DNA of 64,000 bases from Spirochaetia bacterium (GTDB lineage: Bacteria; Spirochaetota; Spirochaetia; SZUA-6; Bin103): contig OZ241907.1 in the NCBI GenBank assembly GCA_965203515.1, positions 3,712,001 to 3,776,000 of the forward strand, written 5' to 3'. The notes under the pieces were generated by a model. It was not told the DNA's origin. It saw only the letters and a list, made by a program, of their open reading frames with translations, and searched no databases. The translations under genes and the position numbers were made by a program. Positions within the stretch are counted from its first letter, which is position 1. Each line of letters starts with the position of its first letter. Shown here in pieces: positions 1 through 10,825 of this stretch.

Positions 1-365
1 TCGACGAGGACATCGCCGCCATGCCGATGCAGATGCAGACGGTCGCCGGCGACAGCTCGGCGGTCTTCTCCGGCGGGCAGATACAGCGGATCATGCTGGC
101 CGCGGCGCTGGTGCGCGATCCGAGCGTGCTGTTTCTGGACGAGGCTACCAACTGGCTCGACAACAACAGCCAGGCGCAGGTGATGCAGAGCGTGGCGGAC
201 CTTGCCATCACCCGCTTCGTGAGCGCGCACCGCCTGTCGACGATCCGCAAGGCCGACAGCATCTACGTGCTGCATGACGGCCAGGTGGTGCAGACCGGCA
301 CCTTCGACGAGCTGATGGAGATCGACGGCCCGTTCCGGGACCTGGCCCGCCGGCAGATAGCCTGA
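1..365 (+). CDS. ABC exporter ATP-binding domain, C-terminal part (5'-truncated by window edge; resembles NHLP/bacteriocin-type exporters)
   Basis: Signature FSGGQIQR, Walker B LFLDEAT and H-loop SAHRLSTI; the frame is open back to the window start. Confidence 0.85.
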   Translation, partial: DEDIAAMPMQMQTVAGDSSAVFSGGQIQRIMLAAALVRDPSVLFLDEATNWLDNNSQAQVMQSVADLAITRFVSAHRLSTIRKADSIYVLHDGQVVQTGTFDELMEIDGPFRDLARRQIA

Positions 366-423
366 TCCCCTGATCCGGCGCGCGCGGCCCGTCGGCTCTT
401 CCGGGGTCGACGCGGCTGAAAGA

Positions 424-459
424 GGCGCCGCCGCGGGTCGCGGGTCCCGCGGCGGCGCC
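424..459 (-). terminator. Putative intrinsic terminator hairpin between convergent genes
   Basis: Perfect 14-bp stem GGCGCCGCCGCGGG (424-437) / CCCGCGGCGGCGCC (446-459) with 8-nt loop, followed on the - strand by TCTTTC; about 20 nt after the stop of the solute-binding protein gene. Confidence 0.65.
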
Positions 460-478
460 GGGTTCGATAGCGAAGGCT

Positions 479-2143
479 CTACATCCCGATGATGCGATCG
501 TGTTGCGCCTGCTTGATCTCGACGTAGCGCTCGTAGCCCATCGACTTCAGCGTGTCGACGTAGTCGTCCCACTCGGTGCCGAGGCCGGCGTCGCCGGTGA
601 TGAACTTGGTCGTCATCTCGGCGACGTAGGTGTTGATATCGGTCAACAGGGCGCCGAGCTCGGACGCCTCTTCGGCGGTCGGCATGAAGTTGGGCCAAAT
701 CGCGTCCGGCATGTGGTTCAGGTAGTCGGTCGGATCCATCCGGTACAGCTCCGCGTCAGGGGTGGAGGCGGTGAGATCATCGATGATCTTCTGCCCTTCC
801 GCGGACAGCTCCATGCCGTTCACCTGCGGCTCGAAGCCGCCGTACCAGCGCTCCAGATGCTGGAACGCCCCGACCTGCAGGCCGGCTTCTTCGATCGACG
901 CCGCGACCTCGCCGATGAACTCGTACGCGCCGTCCGCGCCGAGTTGGAACGTCTCGCCCTCCAGGCCGACGGCTGAGAACAGGTAGCCCGGCTCGCCGTA
1001 CCAGTAGTCGACCCAGCGCATGGTCTCGACCGGATGCTCGTTCTCTGCGGTGATCATGAAAGACCAGTTGCCGCGCACGTTGTGGTCGACCCAACTGATG
1101 ACGTGGTCGCCGTGCGGACCCACGAATTGCGAGACGCCGGTGAAGTGCTTCTGCGGTTCGACGCCGACGTAGCCGGGGGTGACCCAGGTGAACAATCCGA
1201 TGCGATTGTCGGCCGCGTCGGCCTGCCAGCGCGCCACGTCGACGCCGGAGAAGAACTCCGGATGGTAGTAGCCCGCTTCCCACCACTCGTTGAACTGCGT
1301 CAGCATCTCCCGATAGCGCTCGTCGACCGGGATGAACCGGACCTTGCCGTCGGGACCTTGGTCGACGTGCGCTCCGAGACCGGGCAGCCCCCGGTTGCCG
1401 AGTCCGTACGCGCCGTAGAACGCCTGCCTCTGGATGGTCGTCGCGTTGCCGCTCTGGTGGATCGGATACTCGTCATCGGGGTCGCCGTTGCCGTTGGCGT
1501 CGTCGTTCTTGAATGCGGCCAGAACGGCGCTGAGGTCGTCTATCGTCGCGGGCGTCTCGAGTCCCAGGTTGTTCAGAAAGGTCTCGTTCACGTAGAAGCG
1601 CACCATCGCGCTGTTCTTCTCATACGCCACGAACGGCAGCGAGTGGATCTTGCCGTCCGGCATGACCAGCGCCTGCGCGATCGAGGCGTCCGCGGTGAGC
1701 GCCGCCTGAATGTTCGGGCCATGCTCCGCGATCAGATCGTCCAGGGCGATCAGGTTGCCGGCCAGCGACTGGCTCACGAGCTGATCCTGGTTGAAGATCA
1801 TCTGATAGAACGCGTCGGGCAGTTGCTCGGCCGCCAGCCGGACCTGCAGCGTCTCGGCGAAGCCCGAGATCGGCCACTCCTCGAAGTTCACGGTGATGTT
1901 GGACAACTCCGCGAACCGCTTCCAGGTCCAGGTCTCGCTGGCGGGGCCGCGAATGCCGGGCCAGCTCAGCCGTACCATGTCCAGGGTGATCGGCTCCGCG
2001 GAGAGCGGCATCCCCATCGCATCCCGCTCGAAGTCCTCCGCCGCGGCGGCGTCCCGGGTCGCGGACTCCTCGGTAGATCCGGTAGCGAACGTCAAGCCTG
2101 CCGCCAGTACGGCAAGCGCTATCATGCTGAACAGCTTCTTCAT
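479..2143 (-). CDS. Extracellular solute-binding protein of a carbohydrate ABC transporter (LplA-like)
   Basis: Signal peptide MKKLFSMIALAVLAAGLTFA, DANGNGDPDDEYP motif, C-terminal 'WDDYVDTLKSMGYERYVEI'; SD GGAGG upstream. Confidence 0.85.
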   Translation of the reverse strand: MKKLFSMIALAVLAAGLTFATGSTEESATRDAAAAEDFERDAMGMPLSAEPITLDMVRLSWPGIRGPASETWTWKRFAELSNITVNFEEWPISGFAETLQVRLAAEQLPDAFYQMIFNQDQLVSQSLAGNLIALDDLIAEHGPNIQAALTADASIAQALVMPDGKIHSLPFVAYEKNSAMVRFYVNETFLNNLGLETPATIDDLSAVLAAFKNDDANGNGDPDDEYPIHQSGNATTIQRQAFYGAYGLGNRGLPGLGAHVDQGPDGKVRFIPVDERYREMLTQFNEWWEAGYYHPEFFSGVDVARWQADAADNRIGLFTWVTPGYVGVEPQKHFTGVSQFVGPHGDHVISWVDHNVRGNWSFMITAENEHPVETMRWVDYWYGEPGYLFSAVGLEGETFQLGADGAYEFIGEVAASIEEAGLQVGAFQHLERWYGGFEPQVNGMELSAEGQKIIDDLTASTPDAELYRMDPTDYLNHMPDAIWPNFMPTAEEASELGALLTDINTYVAEMTTKFITGDAGLGTEWDDYVDTLKSMGYERYVEIKQAQHDRIIGM

Positions 2144-2335
2144 GTCTGTCCTCCGTGCAAGGTGTCGGCACTCGCAACGCGAGTAGCTGTGTGAGATCAG
2201 TCCGTGTTCGACCGCCTTCCTCAGGAATGAACGGAGGTCAAAGCGGGCGTCGATGACACGACCATGGATAGCCTACGCGGTGAGAAAGATCAAGGGCCTG
2301 AGGCAGCCGCAGGGAACGCCGGAGATTCGCTCGCG

Positions 2336-4333
2336 TCATAGCGGGCGCTGATGCGGACGGTCGCGGAATCGCTGTAGTTCCTGGGGAAACCGCGGTTCGT
2401 CCGGCAGGAGCCGTATCGCGTTCCGGAATGCCGATTCCACGTCGTTGGCGGGGACGCGCAGCCACGTCAGGAGTCTTGCCATGTCGCGCCAGGCCCAGGC
2501 GTGCCGGTGGGGAGAGGCGTCCAGCTGAATGACCCGCTCCAGCAGCCCACGCGCCTCCACGAGAAGACGCCGATTTACCGAACGCCAAGCTCGTTGCTTC
2601 TTCCGGAACGCGTCTTGGGCGAGTTGGATCTTCGTCTGTGCGAACTCGTGCAGCGCACGCGAGTCCGCCCGGATCGCCTCGCCGGCCTGCTGAAAGTACC
2701 GATGTGCGGTCCGCGGTCTGTGGAGACGCCGCGCCAGGATGGCGGCGTCCACGGCATCCTGTGCCGACGCGCTGCCGGCAAGCTGCTCGAGAAGCCGTTG
2801 CGCTTCATCGGTTCTGCCGTGATCGAGCAGCGCTTCTATCCACGTATTGGCGACGTTCGGTACGGCCGCTCTCGATCCCCTGTCGTCGAAGCGCGTGAAC
2901 ACGGCGCCGGCTTCATCCAATTCGTGCCGCTCCGAGTGGAGGCGGATCATCTCCGCGGCAAGCACCGCGGAGGTATCGTTCGCTTGCCAGGACTGCAGAA
3001 CTCGCTGATAGGCGTCTTCGGTCGCCCCGACGGTGCGAAGATAGGCGGCGTCCTGGAGCGCGGATACGGCCGCATACTCCGGGTGCGCCGGCAGCGTCGC
3101 CCGGAACCAGGTACGGCCCGGGTCGAAGTCGAAGCGTGGCGCCGGCGAGCCGTTGTCGGCCATGGATCGGTAGATACGCGGCAGCCCGGTCCACCACGCT
3201 TCCGCCAAGCCGAGCTGCTTCAGAAACTCTCCGACCCGACGGTTACGCGCCGGCGGCGGCGGAGCCGAAGTATTTGGCGCGAGGTGATGCGGCTCGATAC
3301 CGGCTACCGGTCCCGGATAGCTGATGACCTCCATGCGATCGGGATACATGCAGACCTTGGTGGGCTCGAGCACGTCGGGACGATAGCCGCGGTGATAGAT
3401 GGCATTGACCAGCGCTTCGCGCAGCGCCTGCATCGGATAGCTGACCCAACCGCGTACGCGGCTGCGATCCCGTTCTTTCTGCAAGTGCGTCTGTGAGAAT
3501 CCTTCCAGATACCGCAGGCAGTCGCGTATCTGCGCAGCAAGCGTACCGCGAAAGACCCGTTGGCTCTGCACGTCGCCCTCGCGGTTCGCCTTGAACTGCA
3601 CGGCTTCGATACGCGCGCCGGGAAACCATTGCTCGGGATCGTCGGAGAAGAAGAGCAAGCCGACGTTGCGGGGCGCGTCGTGTTCGTTGACGGGAGTCGT
3701 GATACGCATGCGGCGGTAGATGGACGATATGTCGGGCTCGTCGCGCAGGGCGCTACGGATATCGTGCAGGTGTTCGCGGACCTTGCCTTCCCTCAGGTCC
3801 TCGATCCGCGCACGATGCGCCGGTCGGTCGTCCCAAGGTACCCGCGCCGTCTGTTCGAGCAGCGCTGCCAGCTTCCCGGCGGCCTCCGCGTCGACGGTTT
3901 CCGATCCGATGCGAATCCAGAACTTCCAACTCCTGCTGTCGGGTCCGTCCGGCGCACGATGGGGCCGCGCCTCGCTGGCGGGCGCCCAGACGACCAGAAC
4001 ATCACGGCCTTCCAGTACTTCCGGGGACATGATCGGTTCGTAGCTCGGCTGCATGGCTCTGCAACGCCCGCGTATCCATCGTTGCGCTGACTCGATTTCA
4101 GCGCTGCTGAGCCCTGCCGGCGGCAGCCTGGCTCGTCCTTCGGATTCGGCGACGCCGATGACGACGTAACCGCCGTTCAGGTTCTGATAATCGTTGGCGA
4201 ACGCGCAGAGCGTCTTCAATACCTGAAAGCCGGTGACGTCCGCACTCCAATTCGCCTTGAACTCGACGCGGACCGATTCGATCGATCGGTCGCGGATGAG
4301 GCTGCCTATGGCGATGGGCAGGATCGATATCAT
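2336..4333 (-). CDS. Schlafen/AlbA_2 + HATPase_c_4 (RecG C-terminal-like) protein with helical/TPR-like tail
   Basis: ESVRVEFK...CAFAN...GGYVVIGV (AlbA_2); LREALVNAIYHRGY and RNRRVGEFLKQLGLAE (HATPase_c_4); Ala/Arg-rich helical C-terminus. Confidence 0.75.
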   Translation of the reverse strand: MISILPIAIGSLIRDRSIESVRVEFKANWSADVTGFQVLKTLCAFANDYQNLNGGYVVIGVAESEGRARLPPAGLSSAEIESAQRWIRGRCRAMQPSYEPIMSPEVLEGRDVLVVWAPASEARPHRAPDGPDSRSWKFWIRIGSETVDAEAAGKLAALLEQTARVPWDDRPAHRARIEDLREGKVREHLHDIRSALRDEPDISSIYRRMRITTPVNEHDAPRNVGLLFFSDDPEQWFPGARIEAVQFKANREGDVQSQRVFRGTLAAQIRDCLRYLEGFSQTHLQKERDRSRVRGWVSYPMQALREALVNAIYHRGYRPDVLEPTKVCMYPDRMEVISYPGPVAGIEPHHLAPNTSAPPPPARNRRVGEFLKQLGLAEAWWTGLPRIYRSMADNGSPAPRFDFDPGRTWFRATLPAHPEYAAVSALQDAAYLRTVGATEDAYQRVLQSWQANDTSAVLAAEMIRLHSERHELDEAGAVFTRFDDRGSRAAVPNVANTWIEALLDHGRTDEAQRLLEQLAGSASAQDAVDAAILARRLHRPRTAHRYFQQAGEAIRADSRALHEFAQTKIQLAQDAFRKKQRAWRSVNRRLLVEARGLLERVIQLDASPHRHAWAWRDMARLLTWLRVPANDVESAFRNAIRLLPDEPRFPQELQRFRDRPHQRPL

Positions 4334-4406
4334 AGCGCGACGGTCGCTGGCGCAACGTGCGTTTCGCCGTTCGGACAGGCCGGCTCGGCCCGCGAAGTCA
4401 CGGCCG

Positions 4407-5384
4407 TCACTGCCAAAGGAACAGGACGCCCAGCGCCTGATCGGGGTGCTCGTAGAGGAAGTCGTACCCGGCCTTGAGGTCCCTGCCGTCGAAGCGGTGG
4501 GTGACCAGCGGTTGCACCTGCACCTCGCCGGACGCCATGGCGTCCATCGCGGTGCGGGCCATCTCGGCGCGGTCGGCGGTGGGCGGATAGCTCACCAGCA
4601 CGCGCTTGCCCTGGAAGTTGTCGACGTCGAGCGGCAGGGGCGCGTTCTGGTACTTGCCGTTTACCTGGATGAGCCCCCCGGAGGCGACCATCCGCTGCGC
4701 CTGCTCGAAGGAGGCGATGCCGGCCGGCCCGCCGACGCAGTCGACCACGATGCTGGCTCCCTCGCCGCCGCTCAGGCGCTTCACCGCCGCCACCGGGTCC
4801 TCCTCGCCGGCGTTCACCACCTCCGGCGCGCCGGTCTCCCGCGCCAGGCGGCAGCGCAGCTCCAACGCGTCCACGGCGATGAGCTGCGCCGGGCGGTAGC
4901 GCCGCGCGAACTGCATGACCAAGTTGCCGACCAGACCCTGGCCCAGCACGACGACGCGGTCGTCGGCGGTGATGTCCAGCGCCTGCGCCCATCCGGCGCT
5001 GCTGGTCGCCAGCGGATGGAAGGTCCCCTGCTCGAAGGAGACGGCCGGATGCAGCGGGTGCAGGCGGGGCGGCGCGCCGGCCGCGACCGACCGCAGCGAG
5101 TACTCGGCGTGCGGCGCGCTGGCCACGACCGGATCGCCGGCCGCGAACCCGGTGACGCCGGCGCCCACCGCCTCCACGGTCCCGGCGGTGGAGTACCCCA
5201 TCGCCTCGGGCCTCACCGGCCCCTCCATCACGTATCGCCGCCACAGCTCCGAGCCGCGGCTGATCAGGCTGACGCGGGTGCGCGTCAGCACCTCCTCCGG
5301 TCCGGGTCGGGGCACCGGCACCTGTTCCAGGAAGACGTTGCCTGCGCCCTCACCCTTCGCCGCTCGCCACATCGTCGCCGGCAT
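4407..5384 (-). CDS. Zinc-binding/medium-chain dehydrogenase family oxidoreductase
   Basis: Start re-placed at ATG 5384 (SD GAGGAGG); SLISRGSE, MGYSTAG and Rossmann motif VVVLGQGLVG. Confidence 0.8.
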   Translation of the reverse strand: MPATMWRAAKGEGAGNVFLEQVPVPRPGPEEVLTRTRVSLISRGSELWRRYVMEGPVRPEAMGYSTAGTVEAVGAGVTGFAAGDPVVASAPHAEYSLRSVAAGAPPRLHPLHPAVSFEQGTFHPLATSSAGWAQALDITADDRVVVLGQGLVGNLVMQFARRYRPAQLIAVDALELRCRLARETGAPEVVNAGEEDPVAAVKRLSGGEGASIVVDCVGGPAGIASFEQAQRMVASGGLIQVNGKYQNAPLPLDVDNFQGKRVLVSYPPTADRAEMARTAMDAMASGEVQVQPLVTHRFDGRDLKAGYDFLYEHPDQALGVLFLWQ

Positions 5385-5489
5385 CGCGCCCTCCTCTGAC
5401 TCCACAATCGTGGATGATGGATGGTGGTCCGCTCGGCCGCCTGCTGCAACACGTGTCAAGATGCGGATTCGTTCAAAGGAGCGTGGAGT

Positions 5490-6563
5490 ATGGCGGATGG
5501 AACCGGCCGGTTCGACTTCGACGAGCACTTCGGGACGCTCATGCGCGGATGCGCAGGGGAGTTCAGCTTCCCCGGCGGGACGGAAGCCGACGTCAGGCAG
5601 TGGCAGGCGCAGTTTCGGGAGCGGCTGCGCACCGTCCTGGGACTGGCGAACGTGGAGCGGGACCTGGCCGGATTCGCGCCGGCCGCGGAGTTGCTCGGGA
5701 GCGAGGACCTGGGATCGTATACGCGGGAGTCGTGGCGCGTGCGCACCGAACCGACGGTGCCGTTGCCGTGCTACCTGCTGCGGCCGAAGGCGGCGTCCGG
5801 CCGCCTGCCGCTGGTGCTCACCCCGCACGGCCACGGCCATCCGCACGTCTACGTCGGGCTCTTTCGCAGCGCGAAGGAGGAGGAGCAGATACGGGAGGGA
5901 GAGCGGGACATTGCGGTACAGGCGGTCGAGCAGGGGTACCTGGTGATCGCGCCGACCACGCGCGCCTTCGGCGAAACCCGGTCGGCGGCGGACCGGGAGC
6001 AGGACGCCCTGTCCTCGTGCCGGCTGCAGCTCATGCACGACCTGCTGGTCGGGCGGACGCCGATCGGCGACCGCGTGTGGGACATGGCGCGGCTGATCGA
6101 CTGGGCGATCGCGCACCAGGGCGCCGACGGAGGGCGCATCGCCATAACCGGCAACTCCGGCGGCGGCACCGTGTCGCTGTTCGCGGCCGCCTGCGACACG
6201 CGGATCGCCGCGGCGGTGCCCGGGTGCTATTTCAACACCTTCGCCGGCAGCATCGGCTCGATCCGCCACTGCGACTGCAACTACGTACCCGGCATCCTGC
6301 GCCTGGGCGAGATGCATGACGTCGCCGGTCTCATCGCGCCCCGCCGCTTCCTGGCCGTCGCCGGCCGCGAAGACCCGAGCTTCCCGATCGCGCACACCAG
6401 AGCCGCCTTCGAGCGTCTCGCCGCTATCTACCGGGCCGCCTCCGTTCCGGACCGGTGCGAGCTCTACGTCGGCGACGGCGGACACCGCTACTACAAGGAA
6501 CGTGTGTGGAGCTTCGTCGCGGAGGCATTCGCCGGCCGGCGACCGGCGTCACGCCGACCTTGA
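5490..6563 (+). CDS. Alpha/beta hydrolase (dienelactone hydrolase / acetylxylan esterase-like)
   Basis: PLVLTPHGHG, nucleophile elbow GNSGGG, GREDPSF (Asp) and GGHRY (His); SD GGAG before ATG 5490. Confidence 0.8.
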   Translation: MADGTGRFDFDEHFGTLMRGCAGEFSFPGGTEADVRQWQAQFRERLRTVLGLANVERDLAGFAPAAELLGSEDLGSYTRESWRVRTEPTVPLPCYLLRPKAASGRLPLVLTPHGHGHPHVYVGLFRSAKEEEQIREGERDIAVQAVEQGYLVIAPTTRAFGETRSAADREQDALSSCRLQLMHDLLVGRTPIGDRVWDMARLIDWAIAHQGADGGRIAITGNSGGGTVSLFAAACDTRIAAAVPGCYFNTFAGSIGSIRHCDCNYVPGILRLGEMHDVAGLIAPRRFLAVAGREDPSFPIAHTRAAFERLAAIYRAASVPDRCELYVGDGGHRYYKERVWSFVAEAFAGRRPASRRP

Positions 6564-6596
6564 TCTTCGACGTCTGGACGTCCATAATCGTCCGAG

Positions 6597-7742
6597 ATGA
6601 GTGAGCAGGCGCCCAGATACGCTCCCGGCCACGTACGCGACGCGATTCTCGAAGTCATGAGCCTCACGTCCGAGGGCCTGTCAGCCAAGCAGATCGCGCG
6701 GCGGGTCGCGAAGGTCAACGGCCCGACGCCCGAGTCCTCCGTTCGGTCGTTTCTGCGTCTGAACACGCCATCGCTCTTCGTCAAGGAACGTCGCGGCGTC
6801 TATCTGAGAGCCGATTCGGCACACGGCGTCCAACGCTCGGTGCCCGGGTTGTCCAGATGGCAGGCCCCGTACCGCTACGGCAAGGCTACGCTGGTCCACG
6901 GCGACTGCTTCGACTGGTTGGATGACCGAGCAGACCAAACGATCCATGCCGTGGTCACCGATCCGCCGTACGGGCTTCAGGAGTACACGCCGAAAGAGCA
7001 GTCGAAGCTGAGAGCAGGCCGGGGAGGAGTTTGGAGACTGCCGCCTTCGTTCGACGGTCACGCGCGGTCGCCGCTGCCGCGATTCACCACGTTGACCGAT
7101 GCACAGAAGAAGTACCTCCATGAGTTCTTCTTCATCTGGACGCGCCTTCTGATCCCGAAGCTGGTGCCGGGGGCGAATGTCGTGGTCGCCTCCAGTCCGC
7201 TGCTATCGCACATCGTGTCCGCGGCCTTGGCGGGCGGCGGGCTGCAACGAAGGGGAGAGATCATCAGGCTGGTCATGACCATGCGTGGCGGGGATCGCCC
7301 CAAGGGCGCTCACGAGGAGTTCGAAGGCGTCAGCGTGCTGCCGAGGTCGATGTGGGAACCGTGGGTACTGTTTCGCAAACCGGTCGAAGGCAGGGTTCAG
7401 GACAACCTGCGGAAATGGCGTACCGGAGGATTTCGCCGGCCGTCGGACCGGTCGCCGTTCGGCGACGTCATCAGATCGGCTCCTACCAGAAAGACGGAGA
7501 GGGACATCGCTCCCCACCCCAGCCTGAAGCCGCAGGCGTTTCTCCGGCAACTCGTGCGGAGTGTGCTGCCCCTCGGTGAAGGCGTGGTGGTCGATCCCTT
7601 CGCCGGAGCGGGATCGACGCTCGCGGCAGCGCAGGCCGTGGGCTATGACTCCGTGGGCGTCGAAAAGGACCATCACTATTTCGAGATGGCTGCCAGAGCG
7701 ATGCCGCTCCTGGCCGAGCTTCCGGTCAACGGCGCGGCATGA
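6597..7742 (+). CDS. Site-specific amino-DNA methyltransferase (beta class, m6A/m4C) with N-terminal HTH-like extension
   Basis: Motif IV VTDPPY precedes HPSLKP and motif I VVDPFAGAGST. Confidence 0.9.
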   Translation: MSEQAPRYAPGHVRDAILEVMSLTSEGLSAKQIARRVAKVNGPTPESSVRSFLRLNTPSLFVKERRGVYLRADSAHGVQRSVPGLSRWQAPYRYGKATLVHGDCFDWLDDRADQTIHAVVTDPPYGLQEYTPKEQSKLRAGRGGVWRLPPSFDGHARSPLPRFTTLTDAQKKYLHEFFFIWTRLLIPKLVPGANVVVASSPLLSHIVSAALAGGGLQRRGEIIRLVMTMRGGDRPKGAHEEFEGVSVLPRSMWEPWVLFRKPVEGRVQDNLRKWRTGGFRRPSDRSPFGDVIRSAPTRKTERDIAPHPSLKPQAFLRQLVRSVLPLGEGVVVDPFAGAGSTLAAAQAVGYDSVGVEKDHHYFEMAARAMPLLAELPVNGAA

Positions 7743-8349
7743 CTGTCGGTACGCGATAAAGCCACTTCGCGCGAAGCTTCTCCACCCCGTGCCGGTGTAG
7801 CGTAGCGGTCCGTGTCCCGAGTTCGCCTCTTGGATTCCTCCTGAAGTCATCGACCGTGACGTCGGCCAGATAGACTTCAGTGAACATGATGGGTTTTCTG
7901 TCGGTCGCCGGTTCCGTTTCGCTGTCTATATCATAGACGAACACACACATCCACTGATCGCGTGCTCCGTGCGTGTCGACGGCGCCGCCCTTCTTTCTTG
8001 TCGTCTTGATCTCGACGCCCTGGCTACCGGCCTTGACAGCGTTTTGAGCGTAGACTCCCTGTACAACGAGGTCGGGGTGGCCGTTGAAGTAGGTGTTCTC
8101 CGTAAGGACCCTCGAGTGTTTCGCCAGACTCGCCGTTACCATATCGGACAGCACGCCAGACATAATTGCCGGTCGAAGCATGTCATCAAGGCGCTGCAAT
8201 CCTTTGCTCACCAAATGAGAATTGACATCAAAGAAGAAGTCATAAACATCTTGCATCGCCGACTCGAAATCGCTGATGCGAAGCTCGTAAGGAAGCTGGT
8301 GCGAGAGATTGAAACCGTTCCTGTCGACCTCGCTCTTGGTGATCGGCAT
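7726..8349 (-). CDS. Putative type II restriction endonuclease, PD-(D/E)XK fold
   Basis: HPDL...VEIK motif; convergent with the MTase and overlapping it by 17 bp; visibly lower GC; SD GAGG before ATG 8349. Confidence 0.65.
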   Translation of the reverse strand: MPITKSEVDRNGFNLSHQLPYELRISDFESAMQDVYDFFFDVNSHLVSKGLQRLDDMLRPAIMSGVLSDMVTASLAKHSRVLTENTYFNGHPDLVVQGVYAQNAVKAGSQGVEIKTTRKKGGAVDTHGARDQWMCVFVYDIDSETEPATDRKPIMFTEVYLADVTVDDFRRNPRGELGTRTATLHRHGVEKLRAKWLYRVPTVMPRR

Positions 8350-8425
8350 GAGGTATCCTCTCACGTCCTCGTTCGTGTGTGCGGCGGTCGCGCAGCGCTG
8401 CCGTCTCGGCGATGTCGGACCCGCC

Positions 8426-9007
8426 CTACTCCGGTTCGATGAAGGTCTCGGCCAGCGCGTACACGCAGGAGCTGCGGTCGCCGCCGATCGAGGGGCGCCA
8501 GATGTCGCGCGTGAACGGCGCGCCCGGCACGCGTCGGCCGTTCAGGTGCAGCTCCGCCTCCTCGGCAAAGAACAGCACCGTGAAGCACCAGTCGCCGGGC
8601 CGCGGGCGGCCATGCGCGACGACCGGCGGTTCCCGCACGAACCAGCGCGCCGCCACCTCGGTGCCGTCGAACCGGTAGCGCCAGCCCTCCCCCGGCCGGC
8701 CCTCACCGATGCGGGCGAAGGAGGCGCGCCGCACCGGCAGGTCGCCGTGGAAGTAATCGCTCCGCCCGGCGAAGAACCGCTCCTTGGCGAACGCGGCGGC
8801 CGGCTCGTTGTCGGTGGCCACCACGTGCGCGCCGTCGGCCCCCGCCCCCGGCACGTGGATCACCGCCACGTTGCCGGGACCGGCCGGGGAGTGGCGCAGG
8901 TGGTAGTGGCTCACCACCGCCGTGTCGCCGGAGCCCGGCTCGCGCAACATGCATATCCAGTGCTCGCCGCTCCATGCCAGGGTTCCGCGGACGATCTCCA
9001 TTGGCAT
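8426..9007 (-). CDS. Hypothetical protein
   Basis: Normal amino-acid composition; co-oriented 19 bp downstream of trxB; no motif recognised. Confidence 0.65.
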   Translation of the reverse strand: MPMEIVRGTLAWSGEHWICMLREPGSGDTAVVSHYHLRHSPAGPGNVAVIHVPGAGADGAHVVATDNEPAAAFAKERFFAGRSDYFHGDLPVRRASFARIGEGRPGEGWRYRFDGTEVAARWFVREPPVVAHGRPRPGDWCFTVLFFAEEAELHLNGRRVPGAPFTRDIWRPSIGGDRSSCVYALAETFIEPE

Positions 9008-9026
9008 CGGCAGGCAGCGCTTGGCT

Positions 9027-10019
9027 TTAGCCGTGTGCGTCCAGGAAGCGTTCGGCCTCCAGGGCGGCCATGCAGCCGGTGCCGGCCGCAGTGACCGCCT
9101 GGCGGTAGACCTTGTCCTGGACGTCCCCGCACGCGAACACGCCCGGTACGCTGGTCACGGTGCTGTGGGCGGCGGTGAGCACGTAGCCGGCGCCGTCGGT
9201 GTCGAGCTGGCCGTCCAGGAAGGCGGTGTTGGGTTGGTGGCCGATGGCGAAGAACAGGCCGCCGGCCTCGATTTCGCGTTCGCTTCCGGAGGCGTTGTCG
9301 CGCACGCGCAGGCCGCTGACGAGCTGCTCGCCCAGCACCTCGACCAGCTCGGTCTGCCAGGCGATGCGTATCTTGTCATTGGCGAGCACCCGCTGCTGCA
9401 TCGTCTTGGAGGCGCGTAGCACGTCGCGGCGCACCAGCATGGTCACCGAGGAGCCGTAGCGCGTCAGGAACAGCGATTCCTCGCAGGCGGTGTCACCGCC
9501 GCCGATCACCATCAGCGGCTTGTCGCGGAACACCGGCAGTGCGCCGTCACAGACCGCGCACGCGGAGATACCCTTCTGCCACAGCCGCTCCGCGCCGGGC
9601 GCGTCCAGCCGCTTGGCGGTGGCGCCGGTGGCGACGATGAGCGTGCGCGCCCGCACGCTCCGGTCGCCGGCGAAGACCGCGAACGGGCGTTCGCGCAGGT
9701 CCACGCGATCGACGGTGAGCGTCTCGATGCGGGCGCCGCAGTTGATCGACTGTTGGCGGTAGAGATCGGTCAGCTCGATGCCGCCGACGCCGGTCGGGAA
9801 GCCGGGATAGTTTTCGACGTCGGTGGTGGTGGTGAGCTGGCCGCCGGCCGCCACGCCGCCGGCCATGAACCCTTCGTACAGCAACGGGTCCAGCAGAGCG
9901 CGGCCGGCGTAGATGGCCGCCGTATGCCCGGCCGGACCCGAGCCGACGATGACGACGTTTTCCGTGCGGTCATCGCCGACCGGAACGTTGCCGGCCGGCG
10001 CGCCTTCGGTTCGACTCAG
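9027..10019 (-). CDS. trxB: Thioredoxin-disulfide reductase (probable CTG start)
   Basis: VVIVGSGPAGHTAAIY lies upstream of the track's start in the same frame; GGQLTTTTDVENYPGF, redox motif CAVC, GGGDTACEE, GVFACGDV. Confidence 0.93.
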   Translation of the reverse strand: MSRTEGAPAGNVPVGDDRTENVVIVGSGPAGHTAAIYAGRALLDPLLYEGFMAGGVAAGGQLTTTTDVENYPGFPTGVGGIELTDLYRQQSINCGARIETLTVDRVDLRERPFAVFAGDRSVRARTLIVATGATAKRLDAPGAERLWQKGISACAVCDGALPVFRDKPLMVIGGGDTACEESLFLTRYGSSVTMLVRRDVLRASKTMQQRVLANDKIRIAWQTELVEVLGEQLVSGLRVRDNASGSEREIEAGGLFFAIGHQPNTAFLDGQLDTDGAGYVLTAAHSTVTSVPGVFACGDVQDKVYRQAVTAAGTGCMAALEAERFLDAHG

Positions 10020-10028
10020 AGGATCGCC

Positions 10029-10637
<609 letters not shown>

Positions 10638-10825
10638 GGGAGACTCCTGTATGCGGTAATGGGATTCGGTCAGAGGGTAACGAGCCGGCGGCTCCGCCGT
10701 CAACCGCCGCCCCTCACGGCGTGCATCCGCAGTTGGCCGGACAGTACGCCGACATAAGCGGCTCGCGGCACCGGGCGCGTGCGGTTGACTCTGGGAGCAC
10801 GTCAAAACTACGCTTCCGGCAGCAC

